A stretch of 64,000 nt of DNA from Deltaproteobacteria bacterium. GTDB lineage: Bacteria > Desulfobacterota > DSM-4660 > Desulfatiglandales > HGW-15. The notes beneath the pieces are model-generated. The model was not told where the DNA came from, made no database searches, and saw nothing but the letters and a program-made list of their open reading frames with translations. Made by a program: the position numbers and the translations under genes. Positions 60,496 through 64,000 of the stretch are shown in pieces (positions within the stretch are counted from its first letter, which is position 1; each line of letters begins with the position of its first letter). Where the stretch lies: the NCBI GenBank assembly GCA_019310525.1, contig JAFDEE010000009.1:16785-80784 (forward strand), in the 5' to 3' direction.

Positions 60496-61416
60496 ATGAT
60501 AAAAGCTTACACCAATACCGGTTCCGCCCAGGCCGTCACCCTTGCAGGGGCCGTGGTGAATCTTCTCCTCATCGCGATGAAATTCCTGACAGGCATCCTG
60601 GGTCACAGCCAGGCCTTACTTGCCGACGCCGTCCACTCCCTCTCCGATCTCTTCACCGACGCCGTAGTCCTGTTCGGTGTCAGGGCAGGTCAGAAGGGTC
60701 CGGATGAGACCCATCACTTCGGTCACGGCCGTTTGGAGACCCTGGCCTCAGCCATCGTGGGCCTCGCCCTGGCGGCAACGGGCTGCTATATCGGGATCAG
60801 GGCAGGCCTGAACATCTACCGCCACGAGGTATACTATCCCACCGGTCTCGCCCTGGCGGGCGCCGCCCTTTCCATCGCCGCCAAGGAGATCCTCTATCGC
60901 GTCACCGCCAGGGTGGGCAAGGAGACCCGAAGCCGTGCCGTCGCGGCCAATGCCTGGCACCACCGTTCCGATGCCATGTCATCCGTGGCCGTCCTTTTCG
61001 GTGTTGCCGGGGCCTGGATCCACCCTTCCTGGCATATACTGGATGCTTACGCCACCCTCGTCGTATCCCTCTTCATCCTCAAGGTGGCCCTGGATGTCCT
61101 TCGGGGTGCTCTATGGGAAATGCTGGACAGCGCGCCCCGTCCGGAGGTCCTCGACCTCATCCGCTCCTGCGCCCTTGGTGTGGAGGGCGTCAGGGACATT
61201 CACGATCTGCGGGTCCGGACGGCCGGCGGTCACTACCTCATGGAACTGCACATCGAGGTGGACGGCGACCTATCCGTGAAGGAAGGGCACCGGGTCGCCA
61301 AGGCCGTGGAACGTTGTCTCATCGAGGACGTGGAAGGGGTCGGGCAGGTCATCGTGCACGTGGACCCGGCCGAACCGGACCGGTCCCCTCAAGTTGCCGG
61401 ACGAAAACAAAAATAA
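60496..61416 (+). CDS. Cation diffusion facilitator family transporter
   Basis: CDF signature SQALLADAVHSLSD, six TM helices, and a C-terminal cytoplasmic domain (HDLRVR..G....ELHIEV). The track extension to 60178 was rejected. Confidence 0.87.
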   Translation: MIKAYTNTGSAQAVTLAGAVVNLLLIAMKFLTGILGHSQALLADAVHSLSDLFTDAVVLFGVRAGQKGPDETHHFGHGRLETLASAIVGLALAATGCYIGIRAGLNIYRHEVYYPTGLALAGAALSIAAKEILYRVTARVGKETRSRAVAANAWHHRSDAMSSVAVLFGVAGAWIHPSWHILDAYATLVVSLFILKVALDVLRGALWEMLDSAPRPEVLDLIRSCALGVEGVRDIHDLRVRTAGGHYLMELHIEVDGDLSVKEGHRVAKAVERCLIEDVEGVGQVIVHVDPAEPDRSPQVAGRKQK

Positions 61417-61420
61417 ACCA

Positions 61421-61552
61421 CTTTCGGCTGAAGCCGATAGCTTTAGGGGCCAAGGGGTCAAGTGAAAATCATTTTTTCATTAAATCCCGACTTCTCACTC
61501 GAACCCTGGACCCCTTGAATCCTTGAACCCTACTCAAAAAACGATCGAACTG
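61421..61552 (-). repeat. Solo copy of second repeat family (Rep-2)
   Basis: The reverse complement aligns along about 130 bp with 24232-24376 (AAGGATTCAAGGGGYCCAGGGTTCGAGTGAGAA...CACTTGACCCCTTGGCCCCTAA...CGGCTTCAGCCGA). It lies between convergent gene ends. Confidence 0.75.
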
Positions 61553-61680
61553 AAGTCTTCGTCTAAAGGCGCAGGTTCCTTTCTTTCCCCGAATGGGACA
61601 ATAACAGGCAATCCATTGCGTCCATCCCCCGTGACGGGTGCCTCCGGGCCTTCAAGTCCTTCCTGACTGTTTTTTTAAGC

Positions 61681-61878
61681 TTACCTGATCAGGTAGGGAA
61701 AAATCACCCGGATACAATCCTCGGGGCATTCCACCTGGCACACGCCGCAATACCAACAGTCGTCGGGATACCTCTCGTAAGGCCGCCCTTCCTCGTTCAT
61801 TGCCAGCACGTGGCCAGGGCAGTGTTCCACGCATGCCCCGCAACCGATACAACATTCCCTGTCAAACGAGAGGTTCAT
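61681..61878 (-). CDS. Small 2x[4Fe-4S] ferredoxin partner subunit
   Basis: CIGCGACVEHCP and CWYCGVCQVECP cluster motifs. The ATG overlaps the stop of the upstream flavoprotein gene. Confidence 0.8.
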   Translation of the reverse strand: MNLSFDRECCIGCGACVEHCPGHVLAMNEEGRPYERYPDDCWYCGVCQVECPEDCIRVIFPYLIR

Positions 61879-63533
61879 GCATTCTCCTTTTCGAGCACCG
61901 GACCGTTGGGTCCCGCCGTGATGATGATTCGGGTCTTCCAGTTCTCGTCGTCCTTTTCCGGGTAATCCACCCGTTCATGGTACAGCCCGAAGCGGCTCTC
62001 CGTGCGAAACAGGGAGGCCCGCGCCGCCATCCGCGCGCAAAATAGGCCGGCCTTGGCCTCGAAGACCTTCATGAACTGGTGGGGATCCCGGGCGGGGATG
62101 TCGTCCTGGTCCCGCACCATGGCCTCGGTCTCGTCCAGGAAGCGCTGAAGCTTCCGGGCCGACTTCGGGGGCGCCACGTACTCGTTCACCAGGCGCCTGA
62201 ACTTGTACTCGAAGTCCCGCAGGGGCACCTGGAGGGCCCCGGTCTTGTGGCGCTCAATAAGGGCCTCCAGCCGTTCCAGCCGTTCTCTCGTGTCCGGGTC
62301 TTCAGGCCGCATGGCCTTTCTCTCGGCCACCCGCTCGGCGACCGCCTCGCCCATGCACATGGCTCCTGCCAGGAAACCGTAAGGATTGGCCAGTGAGTCC
62401 CCGGCCGCGAAAAGCCCCGGGACCCGGGTCTCTCCCCAGGCATCCCCCACGAGCCCGGCCAGTCCGTGGCCCCCGCAGAGATAGACCTCCGTCATGACCA
62501 CCTCCACCGGGTCCTTCCGCAGGTCGATTCCCTTGTTCCGGAAGTAGTCCCTCATGGTGGGACGTTCCACATCGAATACCGCACTCTCGATGAGGTCCAC
62601 CGTCTCGGGAGGGAGATGGGAAAAGGCAAAGGCCACGGGACCGCGACCCGCCTTTTCTTCCTCAATGATGGCCCGCCCGCGGATTCCGGCAGGGGCATGC
62701 TCCATCCGCTCCGGGTCGTACCGCTTCATGAAGCGCTCCCCGAGACCGTTGACGAGCCATGCCCCGTGGCGGATGAAGGTCGACTGACCCGCACCGTTGA
62801 AATCCCGGGTCATGGAGGAGCGGGCCGTGTACTCGAAGCCCGTAAGGCTGGCCCCTGCCTCGTAACCCATTTTCCATGACTCACCGTTACACCAGGGACA
62901 GTCGAAGGTGCCGTGGAGATATCCGGTATTGGAAAGGCCAATCCGGGCCGCCCCTCCGGTGCATAGCAACACAGCAGGAGCCACGAAGGCCCGCAGTCTG
63001 CCGGTCTCGAGGTCCAGCGCAACGGCCCCGCCGATCCGCTCCCCGTCCTTGATGAGGTCTACCACGGGATGGCGGTTCATCACGGTGGCCCCCGCCTTGC
63101 GGGTCTCCCGGGCGATGATCTTTTTCAGTTCTCCCCGCATCTCCACCAGGAAACGGCCCTTGGGATGGAACTGGTTGACGATGTAATTACCATCCTTTCC
63201 CCGCGGAAACTCCACTCCCCACCCTTCCAGGCGTTTCAGGATGCCGAAGGAACGCTCCGCGATCACCCGGGAGATGGTGGGGTCGAAGACGCCGTCGGTC
63301 ACGATCTCCACGGCCTCCAGATATTCCTCCACCGTGCCGACACCCGGGACCACGACGTTGTTGAGGGCGTCCATGCCCCTTCCGGCGGCCCCCGACCGGG
63401 AAATCTCGGCCTTCTCGAGGATGGTGACGTCCAGTGTGGGGTCCAACTCCTTGGCCCTTATGGCCGCCATGCACCCGGCGGGACCTCCGCCGACGATGAG
63501 AAAATCCGTATACACGGAATCCGTTTCGTTCAT
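61875..63533 (-). CDS. FAD-binding oxidoreductase (fumarate reductase/succinate dehydrogenase/APS reductase alpha-like)
   Basis: Dinucleotide motif FLIVGGGPAGCMAA and downstream flavoprotein motifs (GLFAAGD). 552 aa, shorter than a bona fide AprA. Confidence 0.85.
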   Translation of the reverse strand: MNETDSVYTDFLIVGGGPAGCMAAIRAKELDPTLDVTILEKAEISRSGAAGRGMDALNNVVVPGVGTVEEYLEAVEIVTDGVFDPTISRVIAERSFGILKRLEGWGVEFPRGKDGNYIVNQFHPKGRFLVEMRGELKKIIARETRKAGATVMNRHPVVDLIKDGERIGGAVALDLETGRLRAFVAPAVLLCTGGAARIGLSNTGYLHGTFDCPWCNGESWKMGYEAGASLTGFEYTARSSMTRDFNGAGQSTFIRHGAWLVNGLGERFMKRYDPERMEHAPAGIRGRAIIEEEKAGRGPVAFAFSHLPPETVDLIESAVFDVERPTMRDYFRNKGIDLRKDPVEVVMTEVYLCGGHGLAGLVGDAWGETRVPGLFAAGDSLANPYGFLAGAMCMGEAVAERVAERKAMRPEDPDTRERLERLEALIERHKTGALQVPLRDFEYKFRRLVNEYVAPPKSARKLQRFLDETEAMVRDQDDIPARDPHQFMKVFEAKAGLFCARMAARASLFRTESRFGLYHERVDYPEKDDENWKTRIIITAGPNGPVLEKENA

Positions 63534-63558
63534 AGGTTACCTCCGGTGTGTTCCAATA

Positions 63559-64000
63559 CTATCCGGCTGCATCCGCCCTGAGCCGCTTCCGCCGGTCCAG
63601 GATCAGGGGCACGATTACGATGAGCACCGTTGCGATGAAAAGGCCTAAGGAAATGGGCCGATCGAGAAAGATCAGGGGATTTCCCTCGGAGATGCTCAGG
63701 GACTCCCTGAGCCGCTCCTCAAGAATCTCCCCGAGCACCACGCCCATGACCAGGTTCACGACGGGCCACTCCAGCCGGAGCAAGATATACCCCAGCACCC
63801 CCATGGCGACGGCCACCCCGGCGTCGAAAAGGCGGGTATTGACCGCGTATATCCCAACCAGGGAAAGAACCATGATGACGGCGGCCAGGAGCGTGTTGGA
63901 CACCCGGACGATCATGGCAAAGGGTTTCAGCCACAGGGCGAGCATAAGGAAGGCCGCCACGTTGATGAGGAACATGCTGAGGTACAGGGTATTGATGAGG
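63559..64000 (-). CDS. Tripartite tricarboxylate transporter TctA-family permease (3' part; gene runs off the window)
   Basis: The C-terminal TM segments and tail match the TctA family. The reading frame stays open from 63975 up to position 64000. Confidence 0.78.
   Translation of the reverse strand, partial: LINTLYLSMFLINVAAFLMLALWLKPFAMIVRVSNTLLAAVIMVLSLVGIYAVNTRLFDAGVAVAMGVLGYILLRLEWPVVNLVMGVVLGEILEERLRESLSISEGNPLIFLDRPISLGLFIATVLIVIVPLILDRRKRLRADAAG

Overview
This 64-kb chromosomal window comes from a moderately GC-rich bacterium. Gene content (EtfAB, indolepyruvate:ferredoxin oxidoreductase, TrpB2, HD-GYP, a CHASE2 Ser/Thr kinase, an APS-reductase-like flavoprotein) suggests an anaerobic Deltaproteobacteria/Desulfobacterota-like organism; that is inference only. 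I can support about 58 protein genes and one tRNA-Met(CAT). Nearly all genes are recognisable housekeeping or metabolic functions. These include etfBA, cobS-cobD-cbiB, murA-comEC and an iorAB operon. A long plus-strand block runs yjbQ-phoH-pgpH-ybeY-pdxJ-acpS-tsaE-lysC-comEA, an STK/PP2C pair, tsaD, rsmA, dNK, panC, metK and ahcY. There is also a Yej/Opp-type ABC importer operon ending in a queuosine-salvage (DUF2419) gene and pfk, plus several sensor kinases. I recognise no rRNA, CRISPR array, cas, phage, transposase or defence genes. The unusual content is intergenic. (1) A MITE-like element of about 142 bp has 18-bp terminal inverted repeats (GAGACCTTTGAAAAACGT) and perfect 5-bp target-site duplications in all three complete copies, one of which is a 397-bp composite. 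(2) A second version has the same core but different termini (GTGYCCATCCATAAATGG). (3) A second repeat family occurs once alone and once nested inside the composite. (4) A perfect 29-bp-stem palindrome lies next to a solo terminus upstream of murA. Most copies sit just 5' of a gene and point toward it (metK, plsC, ior operon, trpB2, murA). That hints at a portable leader or regulatory module, but I found no convincing promoter inside the element. The main gene-level lead is the translational coupling of the ABC importer to the DUF2419 gene. Many long ORFs in the supplied track are antisense artefacts of GC-rich genes and were not called. Several first-Met starts were trimmed using RBS and homology logic.
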